The notes beneath the pieces are model-generated. The model made no database searches. It saw only the letters and a program-made list of their open reading frames with translations, and was not told the origin of the DNA. Shown in pieces: positions 1-11,556 of a DNA stretch of 64,000 nt. The number at the start of each line of letters is the position of its first letter. The first letter of the stretch is position 1. A program made the translations under genes and the position numbers. This stretch comes from Octopus sinensis (Eukaryota), in NCBI RefSeq assembly GCF_006345805.1, contig NC_042998.1, positions 7,564,001-7,628,000 of the forward strand. The letters are read 5' to 3'.

Positions 1-1977
1 TTCTCTCCTCTAGGGTTTCTAACATGTATATTTTGTTTATCCTCACAATGCTAAAAAGGGGTTCACTGCTAAGATGAAAGGTATCACAGACAAGCTACCC
101 TAATGCTGTTTTTGATTTTAATAACATCTACAGCTCTAAGGACCATGTTGTCGGTCTCTTAATGGTATGACAGAGTCAAACGCCTTATAAGTTGGTCATA
201 TAGTTAGAAGAGCTCCCTTCGTTCTGGTCAGCAATGCTGAGGAGGATCTCTTCAACACAACTCCACATTTATTCATTTATTATCTTTCTCATTAGTCACC
301 ACGTTTGTTTTGATCCCGGAAAAATGCATTCAAGTAATCTGTGCATAGTTTAACTTTAAAAATTATACAAGGTCTTAGTGTGTCTCCTGCTTCTTAGATA
401 CGTAAGCTGAACAACTGCTAACTGGTTCACTTAAAATAAAATTCAACGTTCAATGTTTTTTTTTTAACAGGTCGACGAGTACTTCCCTGTAGAACGTGAG
501 ATTTCTATACCAATAACAGATTATCGGAAAATTTCCTTTGGTGATGTTTTGAAGGGTCTCGCATAACATTCACTCAGTAGCTCACTTAACCTCATTGCAT
601 TGCGATTTTGCTCTCTGTGTACACTCCAGATTCCACTCTAAATGACTCTAGACAATATTCTTTCCATTTTGGCGGGTGGTGGGCAGAAAATCCTGATCTG
701 TTCACATCCATTTCCCGTTCAGTTTTCAAGGTTGATTATACTAGAAAGTGCATCATATTATCCCTCAAAGAACGAGGCTTACTGGCGTAACCGTTTCGCC
801 CTGCAACCCGAGTATCTCTGATATTTAAGCTCTACTAGCTCTCTATGGAGGTATTTTCCCCCACCCTTTTCGTAGACAGATGCTGATTCAACTCGAAAGT
901 CTCCTGGAATTCTCTAGATAATTCCACAACCTATTATACTAAGTCTACTTTCATACATTGCCTTAGTGTAATGTAGTTGAAATCCACGTGTTAAATTTCA
1001 AGTCAGTTTCACAGCCTGCTTATTACTATAATCATCTCTAAGAAGACGCTTCTTTGCATTTATCCGAAGATAACTATTATTTTTTTTCTTTACCAGACTT
1101 GTATTAAATGACAGAAGATTTAGGGGATCGTATTTATTACACGAAACATGAATAGTTCCCATATGCTGACGTGACGGAATTTGATCCCGTGTTATGTATG
1201 TATATATACGTTGATCAGTAGGTATGCATGTGTACGTGTGTGCTTCAGTATGTGCATCCTTGTTGCATTTTTTTAACTAAAATAAATGTAAAACAATTGC
1301 TGACGTTGGGTAAATTTACAAGGCAGTGTTTTCACTTAACCGCTTATTAAGGGTTGAATACTGTGTTACTTAAAATAATGCTATATTACTTGGGGGCCCC
1401 ACACTTAATGGAATCTCCCCCTTAAAACACACACACACACACACACACGAATGCGCACAGGCAGATATCGCTCACACTGATATCGTTTATGACTTTGAGC
1501 AGTCTGTACTTTTACGTGGACGCGATATAAGTCGTTCTAAGAACTTCGCGAAGTTATGTTCTTCATAGTTATGAAAATGAAGAGTTTAATGTTAAATGGA
1601 AATAAAGACACATTATGGGGGTGCGGGGGAGGACTTCAGAAAACTCTCGGTGTTTTCAAAATCACGTTTCAATCTGCTAATTTTAAAAACAAGATAACAA
1701 GCTAACCACTCCATAATGTTTCTTTAGAGAGGAAACCTAAAGCAATTTGGTAAAATAAACAAATGCAATTTAACGTTATTTTAAAAATTTCATCTAGAAA
1801 CAAGTAAAGTGCTGTTTTATAGAATATAAATATATGGGAAGTCGAATATGTTTGGATTAGCTTCTTTCAATATATGTACGAAAGTGATAATGTATGCGCA
1901 TGTGTATAACATTATATATATATATATATATATATAAACTTACTTGGAGGATAAGAAACGACGCGAGGTGGTCAGTC

Positions 1978-2055
1978 ATATAATAACAATTTAACAAATA
2001 AAACATAGGCATACATACATATATGTACATAGCTACATCTATATGTATATATACA

Positions 2056-2095
<40 letters not shown>

Positions 2096-2417
2096 TACAG
2101 GACACTACAAATAAACGTAGAACACAACGAGAAACGATAACATAAAAACAAACAAGAACATGCATTGAGTCGAACCAGGGGCAGCTGATGAAGGGGAATA
2201 TTCCTTGTATTATTTGTCTTGTACTCTGTTTTTTCGTTGTTAAAAAAAGTCCGTTTCCTTGTTTTGTTTTTATGTTTTCGTTTCTCGTTGTGTTCTACGT
2301 TTATTTGTGGTGTCATGTACTCATATATATATCCATGTATATATACATATAGATGTAGGTATGTACATATATGTATGTATGTATGCATATGTTTTATTTG
2401 TTAAATTGTTATTATAT
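1978..2417. mobile_element. Foldback/MITE-like element, copy 1
   Basis: Arm 1978-2156 (ATATAATAACAATTTAACAAATAAAACA...AACAAG) is the reverse complement of arm 2258-2417, with an ~100-bp spacer and TA-rich flanks. Confidence 0.75.
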
Positions 2418-2471
2418 ATATATATACATATATATATATGTGTGTGTGTGTGTGTATGTGTGTGTGTGTGT

Positions 2472-2708
2472 GGAGGCGCGTGGCTTAGTCGTTAGGGTGT
2501 CAGCACCATGATCGTAAGATTGTGGTTTCGATTCCTGGAGCGGGCGACGCGTTGTGTTCTTCATTTCACGTTGCTCCAGTCCACTCAGCTGGCAAAAATG
2601 AGTAACGCTGCGATGAACTGGCGCGTCACGTCCAGCTGGGGAACACATAGGACATAGAAACCGGGAAACAGGGCCCATGACCCTGGCTAGGCTTTAAAAG
2701 GACGCATT

Positions 2709-2709
<1 letters not shown>
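2472..2709 (+). mobile_element. tRNA-derived SINE (family C), copy in unit 1
   Basis: A-box-like GTGGCTTAGTCG and B-box-like GGTTTCGATTCC. Core TTTCACGTTGCTCCAGTCCACTCAGCTGGCAAAAATGAGT is shared with the SINE at 21869-22200. Confidence 0.8.
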
Positions 2710-2742
<33 letters not shown>

Positions 2743-2792
2743 ATATATATAAACTTACTTGGAGGATAAGAAACGACGCGAGGTGGTCAGTC

Positions 2793-3215
2793 ATATAATA
2801 ACAATTTAACAAATAAAACATAGGCATACATACATATATGTACATAGCTACATCTATATGTATATATACATGCATATATACATATATATATATATATATA
2901 TATGAGTACAGGACACTACAAATAAACGTAGAACACAACGAGAAACGAAAACAAGAACATGCATTGAGTCGAACCAGGGGCAGCTGATGAAGGGGAATAT
3001 TCCTTGTATTGTTTGTCTTGTACTTTGTTTTTTCGTTGTTAAAAAAAGTCCGTTTTCTTGTTTGGTTTTATGTTTTCGTTTCTCGTTGTGTTCTACGTTT
3101 ATTTGTGGTGTCCTGTACTCATACATATATGCATGTATATATACACATAGATGTAGGTATGTACATATATGTATGTATGTATGCATATGTTTTATTTGTT
3201 AAATTGTTATTATAT
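2793..3215. mobile_element. Foldback/MITE-like element, copy 2
   Basis: Same inverted arms as 1978-2417, inside the duplicated unit. Confidence 0.75.
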
Positions 3216-3269
3216 ATATATATACATATATATATATGTGTGTGTGTGTGTGTATGTGTGTGTGTGTGT

Positions 3270-3503
3270 GGAGGCGCGTGGCTTAGTCGTTAGGGTGTCA
3301 GCACCATGATCGTAAGATTGTGGTTTCGATTCCTGGAGCGGGCGACGCGTTGTGTTCTTCATTTCACGTTGCTCCAGTCCACTCAGCTGGCAAAAATGAG
3401 TAACGCTGCGATGAACTGGCGCGTCACGTCCAGCTGGGGAACACATAGGACATAGAAACCGGGAAACAGGGCCCATGACCCTGGCTAGGCTTTAAAAGGA
3501 CGC

Positions 3504-3507
<4 letters not shown>
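3270..3507 (+). mobile_element. tRNA-derived SINE (family C), copy in unit 2
   Basis: Essentially identical to 2472-2709. Confidence 0.8.
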
Positions 3508-3542
<35 letters not shown>

Positions 3543-3557
3543 TATAAAGTTTGTTTA

Positions 3558-4159
3558 TCTCTATATATATAAACGGCAGTTTGTCTGTCTGTGTGTCTGT
3601 CAGGTTGTACCCTCACCCTGACCACGGCTTTCAACCGATTCTGATGAAACTTGACACACACATAGCACAATGTCATAATTCAAAACTAACGCAGCGAAAA
3701 TTTTGAAAAGTTCCCCCAGTTCTGAAAAAATATCGATAAATTCAACATGGGTCGAGAATCTAAGCTTTTTATATGCAACACATTTTCTACAGATTGTCTA
3801 GGGGACGCAACTCGACCTTTTTAACTCTCGGAACACGTGGGGTAAGTATCCCAAAATGTATAAAAATGTACAAAAACGGCAAAAAAGCGGGCAGCAACGT
3901 GAGTGACAACAACGAAAAAGTCAAAAGTGACCAAACTGAACAAACGAATGGAAAAGGTTTTTTGATGCACACGACAAAAGCGGTTTATAATAAACCAAGA
4001 GTTTATCGATAGCTGTTTGATAGTTATTTGGGAGTGAAGAGAAGACATTGCAACCTACACATGCGCCTTCGTTCACTAGAGGGAAAGGACTAGATTGGGA
4101 TTAATCGTTGCCTACTAGGAGCTCTTACATACCCGGGCAACGCTGGGCTATGCTGCTAG
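3558..4159 (+). mobile_element. Non-autonomous Helitron-like element
   Basis: 5' TC(TCTATATATATAAA) preceded by A. 3' subterminal hairpin CCCGGGCAACGCTGGG, then CTAG at 4156-4159 followed by T. No TSD (A^T insertion). Confidence 0.75.
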
Positions 4160-4206
4160 TAATATATATATATATATATATATATACAGAGAGAGAGAGA
4201 GAAAGA

Positions 4207-4320
4207 CTTATTCTTTGTAAACCTAGTACTTATTCTATCTGTTCCTTTTGCCAAACCGCTAAGTTACGGGGACGCAAACCACCATCGGTTTTCAAGCGAT
4301 GTTGGGAGGACAAACACAGA
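4207..4320 (-). mobile_element. SINE family A, 3' fragment
   Basis: Matches the TTATTCTTTGTAA.CCTAGTACTTATTCTATC...CCGCTAAGTTACGGGGACG segment in copies at 6558, 13710, 20323 and 53498. Confidence 0.75.
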
Positions 4321-4376
4321 TGTACACACACACGCACACACACGCACACATACACACACGCACGCACGCACGCATA

Positions 4377-4422
<46 letters not shown>

Positions 4423-4427
4423 ACTAA

Positions 4428-4633
4428 GGCGAGCTTGGAGAATCGATAGCATGCCGGGCGAAATGTTAGTGGTATTTCGTCCGCTATTATATTCTGAGTT
4501 CAAATTCCGCCGAGGTCGACTTTACCTTTCATCCTTTCGTGGTCGATTAAATAAGTGCCACTTATGCACTGGGGATCGATGTAATCGACTTAATCCCTTT
4601 GTCTGTCCTTGTTTGTCCCCTCTATGTTGAGCC
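4428..4633 (+). mobile_element. SINE family B monomer
   Basis: GGCGAGC...GAGTTCAAATTCCGCCGAGGTCGACTTT...GCCCCTTGTGGGTAATAAAGAA; matches many other copies in the window. Confidence 0.8.
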
Positions 4634-5094
4634 CCTTGTGGGTAATAAAGAATCCTATATATATATATATGTATGTTTGTATATATCATTGCTATTATGC
4701 AAAAGTGTCTTAAGTCGAAAATGTTGCTTTATTCAGAAAACGATAAAATAGTTTTACTTTTCCGCAGTGAAACCCTTGTACTACACTTAGACAATTTTTG
4801 ATATCTTGGCATCTAGAGCTGCTGGAAATAAGATAGTTTGACGAACAGAACCGGCTACTGCAAGCAAAAATAAATATTAAAAAAAAAACGTATTTGACTA
4901 AATTTGGACATGCGACAGTTTAACATAATAGTAACGATATGTATGTATGTATGTATATATATATAGAGAGAGAGAGGGAGAAAGAGAGAGAGAGAAGGGT
5001 AGACATACTGCAGGTAAATGGGTAAAAATATAGACAGACGATTGCTGCAACGTATTATGTGGTGAAATGGCAGCTTCCGTAGTGAATGCATGTA

Positions 5095-5440
5095 GAGGTG
5101 ATGGTGGTGTTAAAGTGCAAAAGAGTGGCGAGATGTTGACGATGATGGAAGCGGTAGAGATGATAATGATGATAAAGATGGTGGTGGTAGTGATGAAGGT
5201 GGTAACGGTGGTGTTGGTAGTAATGTTTATGATGATGGTGGCAGCAGCGACTTAGAGAATGTTAGCGGTTGATAGGCATGATGATGATGATGACGATGAT
5301 AATGATGGTGATAGAAATTTGTACAAATGGTGCTGATAGCCATGGCGATGATAGCAATGATGATGATGATGGTGAGAGTGGAGATGTTGCTGTAGATTAT
5401 GTAGTTGGGTGCCATGTTAATGGTGGTAATGAGATGAGGT
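5095..5440. repeat. Degenerate (GAT/GGT)n trinucleotide low-complexity tract
   Basis: Runs of GATGAT/GGTGGT; source of the spurious Met/Val/Asp-rich ORFs. Confidence 0.85.
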
Positions 5441-5699
5441 ATTTATGGCCGTAAGTTGTTAGTGGAGAAAACAGATGTGGTTTTAGATAAAGATAATGGT
5501 TATAGCGATGGTAATAGGGATACTGGTAACTATAGGGAGGGTTTTTTTTAGCCTGGAAGTGGAAGTGAGCTTATATGTCATTAAGGTTATCAATAATTGT
5601 TGGTATTCTTTTTGTCTCGGGAGTCAATGGAGTTGCGCATACAATTATCTAGACCGGCTTTTGCATTTCATGTCCTAATACATCTCCTGCTGTGGCAGG

Positions 5700-6225
5700 T
5701 GCTGCAAATGTAGCGAAGACTTTTCCTGGCCGGTTGTAATTTTCATAGTTTCTTGTTGACATCTTTTCTTGTCTTTCCATTTTGCCTGCGCAAAGCTGGA
5801 GAGGACACTTCAGTGCTGCTGTAAAAAGTGGCAGAAAAAAACACGGGAGGTAGCAGTCACGAGTGATAAGTCCATTCATATTGGCGTAAGATATGGGCGC
5901 TACGGGTTACCTCTGACGGTGAGAGGGACCCCTGTGTCCTATTGGTTAGCTACTGCCCACCTCAAGCTGGGCAGCCCCCGGTTAAGAAGATGCTGACCCG
6001 CCACAGGCCGCCTGCATCATTGGGTGCTTGGAGCTAAGAGTTTGACTTGAAAAACGGCCTGCAACCTCTGCACCAGGCAAACAACTAAAAGACAAGAAAC
6101 CACCAGTCCTGTGGTTAGCAAGCTGGAATTTCAGGACCATGTGCCCTGGCATATCTAATGACCTACTCAAGGTTGAAGACACAAGAAAGACGGCCATCAT
6201 TGACCGTGAACTATCAATGATTAGA
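5700..6225 (+). mobile_element. RTE-clade LINE 5' remnant (5' region plus N-terminus of the AP endonuclease)
   Basis: 6088-6222 translates KDKKPPVLWLASWNFRTMCPGISNDLLKVEDTRKTAIIDRELSMI, containing the WN(V/F)RT motif typical of RTE/BovB-like APE domains. The upstream boundary is approximate. Confidence 0.65.
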
Positions 6226-6557
6226 AACACAAAAATACTGGTACACATATACATATATAGAGAGGAAGAATAAATGCATACATTCACGCGAGCAAACGAT
6301 ATATACATACAAACATGCACGTATACACACACGCATACAACACGGTGGCTGTCAACTCGTTAACGGGTGTGAGCATCACCAACAAATTAGCCTACATATT
6401 AAAGACACTGAGTGTCAGCAATTCCCATGATGAAATTCAGAGTCAATAACAGCTTGCACAATTTCGCTCAGACAATGCAGAAACATGCAGAAGCAAGATC
6501 TCCCTCTTCACAATGAGATGGGTTTTATTTCGGAATTTCTCTTACAGAGATGTCTAA

Positions 6558-6945
6558 ACTGACTCTCTCTCTTTACTCTTTTACTTGTTTCAGTCATTTG
6601 ACTGCGGCCATGCTGGAGCACCGCTTTTAGTCGAGCAAATCGACCTCGAGACTTATTCTTTGTAAGCCCAGTACTTATTCTATCGGTCTCTTTTTGCCGA
6701 ACCGCTAAGTGATGGGGACGTAAACACACCAGCATCGGTTGTCAAGCAATGCTAGGGGGACAAACACAGACACACACACATATATATATATATATACATA
6801 TATACGACAGGCTTCTTTCAGTTTCCGCCTACCAAATCCACTCACAAGGCATTGGTCGGCCCGAGGCTATAGTAGAAGACACTTGCCCAAGATGCCACGC
6901 TGTGGGACTGAACCCGGAACCATGTGGCTGGTTAGCAAGCTACTT
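6558..6945 (-). mobile_element. SINE family A host copy, body and B-box part (interrupted by the ORF1-element array)
   Basis: Near-consensus family A sequence. On the minus strand it resumes with AAGTAGCTTGCTAACCAG-CCACATGGTTCCGGGTTCAGTCCC (B box). Its missing A-box part is at 13507-13548. Confidence 0.9.
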
Positions 6946-8982
6946 TATTTTAATAATTTGCCACTAGGGCAGCACACAGAGTAGCTACGGGCTGGACAAG
7001 GACATTAATGGATGATGGTGGTGGTTGATGAAGATGGTGATGGGAGAAGTCAGAAAGCGCCCGCCGACTTTTGCTTCTCTAAAACAATGCTCTTTTTTTT
7101 CAATAATTTACAAAATTTCAAAAAATTTTCACAAAACTTTCAATTTACAATTTACACTTTTAAAAGTCTCTTCAGAGGCAATAAACCTCTGTCACAATGT
7201 AACACAATTACAATTTTACGTTACCTGACCGATGAACTCTCTTGCTTTAATGACGCAATCGTCCATCGTCAGGCTTCCGCATACAGGTATGACTTGCAAG
7301 AGATCCTCCGGGAAAGAATTCTCGATCCTGCACATATCATTTTCGAGTAGGACCTCCGCAGCCAGCTGCGAAGGCCACTCGGGATACTCCATGCAGGACC
7401 GAAGTCCCTCCCATTCGTTTCTCTTCCTCCTCTTACGTATTTCATTTTCTATAGTGCCTCCTTTATGGAAGAGGACTACATAAAATTTCTCCGGCATCAC
7501 AATCGCCGGAGGACACCTGGGAGACGCCCTCTGAGTGTTACAGTCCGCTGGTGGCGTCCCGTTCCTCTTTTTCTTTTTACGCTGGGCCTCGGGAGGTTGA
7601 GGTTCCGGTGCTATACGCACCGGGTCCTCTTTTTCTTCCGCAGCCTCCGGTTCCTTTTGTGGGTCGCCATTGCTCCCCACTCTTCTTTTTCTTTTGGAGG
7701 AGGATTTTTCCCCCTCCTCAATTTGTTTCTCTCCCTCCATTGGTGGGGCAGGGAGAGGCTCTGATATTAACTTCTCCAGGATCCTACTCTGGTTCCTGGG
7801 GCAGTTTTTCTTAATGTGGCCGGTCTCCGAACACAGGTGACACTTGGGGGCGCGTCCCTCAAGCATCACCGGATACTTGGACCCGGCCATCTTCAGGAAG
7901 TCCGGCAAAACCAGACTCTTGGCCGACTGGGTCCACAGAGTCAAAGTAGCCTTTCCTCCTTCCCAGTTAGCCGCAGGCTGCATTCTCACGTTTAGGATCT
8001 TGGCGCTACCACCACTCAGACCCCGGCGGATGGAATCTTCCACCCACTCGGGCTCAAAGCCGGGCGGCAGGCCGCAGACCCATAAACGTATCAATTTTTC
8101 CCCCTTATAGCTTGGGAGAAACAGAATCTCTTCGCCCTCAATGGGCTTACTCGCGAAATCGCAAGCTGCTTTAGGAGAGTCAAACAGCAACCAAATTGTT
8201 GCGTATTTGGCTCCCCGTTGAATATGTTTAACGGCTGGCATATAGTCTGCCAGCTCGTTCATAATTGTGTCTTTCGGAAAGACCATTATGGTGTCGAGAG
8301 ACTTCGAATATGTCCTTAGCACCACTGTCTTTTCCTCAAGTTCGTTCAAATATTTTTTGGGAGGTGTTAATTCCCACACAGTGAAATTCCTTGCCATAAC
8401 GTAAGAAAAACGTAAGAAAAACAGTTCAAAATGTTACAAAATAAATTGGACACAGAAAGGAGAAGGAAAAAAGCAACAGAAGGGAAGAAATAAAATTAAA
8501 ATGGCAGTTCAAAGAAAGTTTTTTACAAATGAATGATAGACAGAGAAAGAGAGTTCAAATTCAGACAAAGGAATTAATTTTTCTTTTTTTTTTTTTTTTT
8601 TTTGTTCACTTTTTCGGCCAAAAATTGTATTCCAGGCCAAATACACTGTTGGTGAAACACCTTGGTAAATAATCCTTGGTAAATCCGTAGATAACACAAC
8701 GACAATTTCAAAAATAATTTTTGTAGACGGACTACGCCGCCTCAAAAACACAATTTTCTTCACACCCGACAACAGGCAGAAAAATTATATCCGGAGCAAA
8801 GTGGAGCCTTATTATCTGCTAAAAAATATTTAATGCTAAAATACATTAATGCAAGTAATAAAACTTCACTTCGCTCGCAAAAATACAAAATTCCTACCTT
8901 TAGTCGAGTCGAAAGTTCAATAGTTCACGTTGAAACAACGTGGCATTCGGAGCAGCAAAATAACATGTCTGAACACTTCAGA
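6946..8982 (-). mobile_element. ORF1-only (HAL1-like) non-LTR retroelement, unit 1, 2037 bp
   Basis: One 200-bp-type 5' monomer, an A-run, an intact 393-aa ORF and an ~270-bp 3' UTR ending AAAATAAA. Flanked by target copies at 6928-6945 and 8983-8999. No RT or endonuclease ORF. Confidence 0.75.
7216..8397 (-). CDS. L1/Tx1-type ORF1p-like nucleic-acid-binding protein with one CCHC zinc knuckle (393 aa, intact)
   Basis: CHLCSETGHIKKNC fits C-x2-C-x4-H-x4-C. It is preceded by a LWVCGLPP...MLEGRAPK segment resembling RRM-type ORF1 of L1/Tx1 elements, and followed by basic KRKRR and RKKKKR stretches. Family assignment is by motif recognition only. Confidence 0.75.
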   Translation of the reverse strand: MARNFTVWELTPPKKYLNELEEKTVVLRTYSKSLDTIMVFPKDTIMNELADYMPAVKHIQRGAKYATIWLLFDSPKAACDFASKPIEGEEILFLPSYKGEKLIRLWVCGLPPGFEPEWVEDSIRRGLSGGSAKILNVRMQPAANWEGGKATLTLWTQSAKSLVLPDFLKMAGSKYPVMLEGRAPKCHLCSETGHIKKNCPRNQSRILEKLISEPLPAPPMEGEKQIEEGEKSSSKRKRRVGSNGDPQKEPEAAEEKEDPVRIAPEPQPPEAQRKKKKRNGTPPADCNTQRASPRCPPAIVMPEKFYVVLFHKGGTIENEIRKRRKRNEWEGLRSCMEYPEWPSQLAAEVLLENDMCRIENSFPEDLLQVIPVCGSLTMDDCVIKAREFIGQVT

Positions 8983-9296
8983 GGTTAGCAAAGCTACTTT
9001 ATTTCATTTAATTTGCCACTAGGGCATCACACAGAGGTAGCAGTAGCTCCGGGCTGGACACAGACATTAATGGATGATGGTGGTGGATGAAGATGGTGAT
9101 GGGAGAAGTCAGAAAGCGCCCGTCGACTTTTGCTTCTCTAAAACAATGTTCTTTTTTCAATAATTTTACAGAGTTCAAAAATTCAAAAAATTCAAAAAAT
9201 TCAAAAAATTTCGAAAAATTACAAAATGTTCACATTACATATTTTAGAGGAGGCAATGAACCTCCTCTTCCATATGTTACAAGGATGTTACATCGC

Positions 9297-10504
9297 CTAA
9301 GTGACCCGGCCGACCATTGCTCTTGCCTCATTGAGGCAATACTCGTTGGTCAGGCCGGAGTCCAGTGGTATGGTCTGGAAAGAGTCCGCCGGGTAGGAAC
9401 TCACGATCCCGTGTAGATCAACCCTTCCCACGACCCCCGCAGCTAACTGCGAAGGCCACTCGGGGTTTTCCACACAAGACCGGATTACCTCCCAATGTCC
9501 TCTCTTTCTCACTTTTCTCACGGCGTCTTCCACCTTTTTTCCCTTGAAAAAGAGGAGCACAAAATCCTCCACAAACAGTCCCTCAGGCGGCACACCCGCC
9601 TGAGAGGACCGGAGATACTCGGGAACCGCCGTCTGCGTGTAGCAATCCGCCGGCGGGGCTCTGTTTCTCTTTTTTCTTCTTTTCTTCTGGCCCTGGGCCA
9701 CGGGAGTCTGAGGTTCCGGAGCTGTGCGCATCGGGTTCTCCTCTCCCGGAGCTTTCGGGTCCTTTGGTGGGTCGCCATTGCTCCCCACCTTTCTCTTTCT
9801 TTTGGAGGAGGATTTTTCCCCCTCCTCACTTTGTTTCTCTCCCTCCACTGGTGGGGCAGGGAGAGGCTCTGATATCAGCCTCTCCAGGATCCTACTCTGG
9901 TCCCTGGGGCAGCTCTTCTTGATATGGCCGGTCTCCGAACACAGGTGACACTTGGGGGCGCGTCCCTCAAGCATCACCGGATACTTGGACCCGGCCATCT
10001 TCAAGAAGTCTGGCAAAACCAGACTCTTGGCCGACTGAGTCCACAGAGTCAAAGTGGCCTTTGATCCTTCCCAGTTAGCCGCAGGCTGCATTTTGACGTT
10101 TAGGATCTTTGCGTCCCTGTCACCCAGACCCCGGCGGATAGAGTCTTCTATCCACTCGGGCTCAAAGCCGGGCGGCAGGCCACAGACCCATAAACGTAAC
10201 AATTTTTCCCCTTGTAACTGGGGAGAAACAGAATCTCATCGCCCTCAATGGGCTGGCTTGCAAATTTGCAAGCTGCTTCAGCGGAGTCAAATAGCAACCA
10301 TACCGTTGCGTATTTGACTCCCCGTTGAATATGTTTAACGGCTGGCATATAGTCTGCCAGCTCGTTCACAATGGTGTCTCTCGGAAAAACCATTATGGTG
10401 TCGAGTGACTTTGAATATGTCCTCAGCACCACGGTCTTTTCCTCGAGTTCGTGCAAATATTTTTTGGGAGGTGTTAATTCCCACACAGTGAAATTCTTTG
10501 CCAT
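9297..10504 (-). pseudogene. ORF1-like gene of unit 2, split by a 1-bp deletion into 10148-10504 and 9297-10202
   Basis: Minus strand reads AAGGGGAAAAATTG (G4) versus AAGGGGGAAAAATTG (G5) in unit 1. Both halves are otherwise open; CCHC is CHLCSETGHIKKSC. It may be functional if frameshifted or if the deletion is an assembly error. Confidence 0.65.
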
Positions 10505-10827
10505 AACGTAAAATACAACAGTTCAAAATGATAAACTAAAATTAGCCACAGAAAGGAGAATGAAAAAATGCAACAGAAGGGAAGAAATAAAATTAAAAAT
10601 GGCAGTTCAAAAAAGTTTTTACAAATAAATAATAGACAGAGAAAGAGAGTTCAATTCAGACAAAGGAATTCAGTTCTTTTTTTTTTTTTTTTCCACTTCG
10701 GCCAAAAATTGTAATCCAGGCCAAATGCACTTGGTAAAACCCTTGGTAAATAATCCTTGGTAATCCATGGACAACACAACGACAATTTCAACAATAATTT
10801 TTTCAGACGGACTATGCCGCTTCAAAA

Positions 10828-11224
10828 ATACAATTTCTTTTTACTCGACACAGGCAGAAAAATTATATCCGGAGCAAAGTGGAGCCCTATTATCTGCTAA
10901 AAAATATTAAATGCTAAAATACATTCATGCAAGTAATAAAACTTCACTTCGCTCGCAAAAATACAAAATTCCTACCTTTAGTCGATTCGAAAGTTCAATA
11001 TTTCACGTTGAAACAACGCGACATCAATACAATTTTCTTTCCACTCGACACAGGCAGAAAAATTACATCTGGAGCAGAGTGGAGCCTTATTATCTGCTAA
11101 AAAATATTTAATGCTAAAAAACATTAATGCAAGCAATAAAACTTCACTAAACTCCCAAAAATACAAAGTTCCTACCTTTAATCGAGACGAAAGTTCAACA
11201 ATTCACGTTGAAACAACGCGACAT
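10828..11224 (-). repeat. Two tandem ~200-bp monomers in the unit 2 5' region
   Basis: CAGGCAGAAA at 10851 and 11051 gives a period of exactly 200. Confidence 0.9.
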
Positions 11225-11556
11225 TTGCCGGAGCAAAAAACAACACGTCTGTCTGGTAAGGAGCTACTTTATTTCATTTAATTTGCCAAAAGGGCAGTAC
11301 ACAGATAGTAGCTACGGGCTGGACATAGACATTAATGAATGATGGTGATGGAATGAAGATGGTGATGGGAGAAGACGAAAGCGCCCGCCGACCCCCGCTT
11401 CTCTAAAACAATGTTCTTTTTTCAATAATTTACAAAATTTCAAAATTTCACAAAAATACAAAAATTTTCACAAAAATTCCAAATTTTACAAATCACAATT
11501 TCAAAAGTTTTTCCAGAGGCAATAAACCTCCATCACAATATAACACAAATACGGGT

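Larger units (their letters stand above)
1936..3507. repeat. Tandem duplication of an ~800-bp unit (1936-2709 and 2751-3507), bounded by (TA)n tracts
   Basis: Both units start AAACTTACTTGGAGGATAAG (1936, 2751) and end GGACGCATTT (2709, 3507). Internal sequence is near-identical apart from microsatellite length and one short deletion. Confidence 0.9.
9000..11252 (-). mobile_element. ORF1-only retroelement, unit 2, 2253 bp
   Basis: Colinear with unit 1, two 200-bp 5' monomers, 3' end GAAATAAA. Bounded by target copies at 8983-8999 and 11253-11269. Confidence 0.75.

Noticed and set aside
2185-2230. CTGATGA followed by a short stem in the foldback spacer, as a hammerhead
   Set aside because: No GAAA or stem III follows.
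3641-3660. CTGATGAAAC as a hammerhead core
   Set aside because: It is part of the common Helitron internal motif ACCGATT.TGATGAAA, and no stems form.
8509-8772. 87-aa upstream ORF in the unit 1 leader (possible ORF0)
   Set aside because: Its poly-Lys comes from the A-run and the frame is not maintained in units 2 and 3.
10203-10211. GGGAAAA as a canonical -1 slippery heptamer
   Set aside because: The heptamer is not in the required zero-frame register (codons are AAG GGG AAA AAT). Kept only as an open question.
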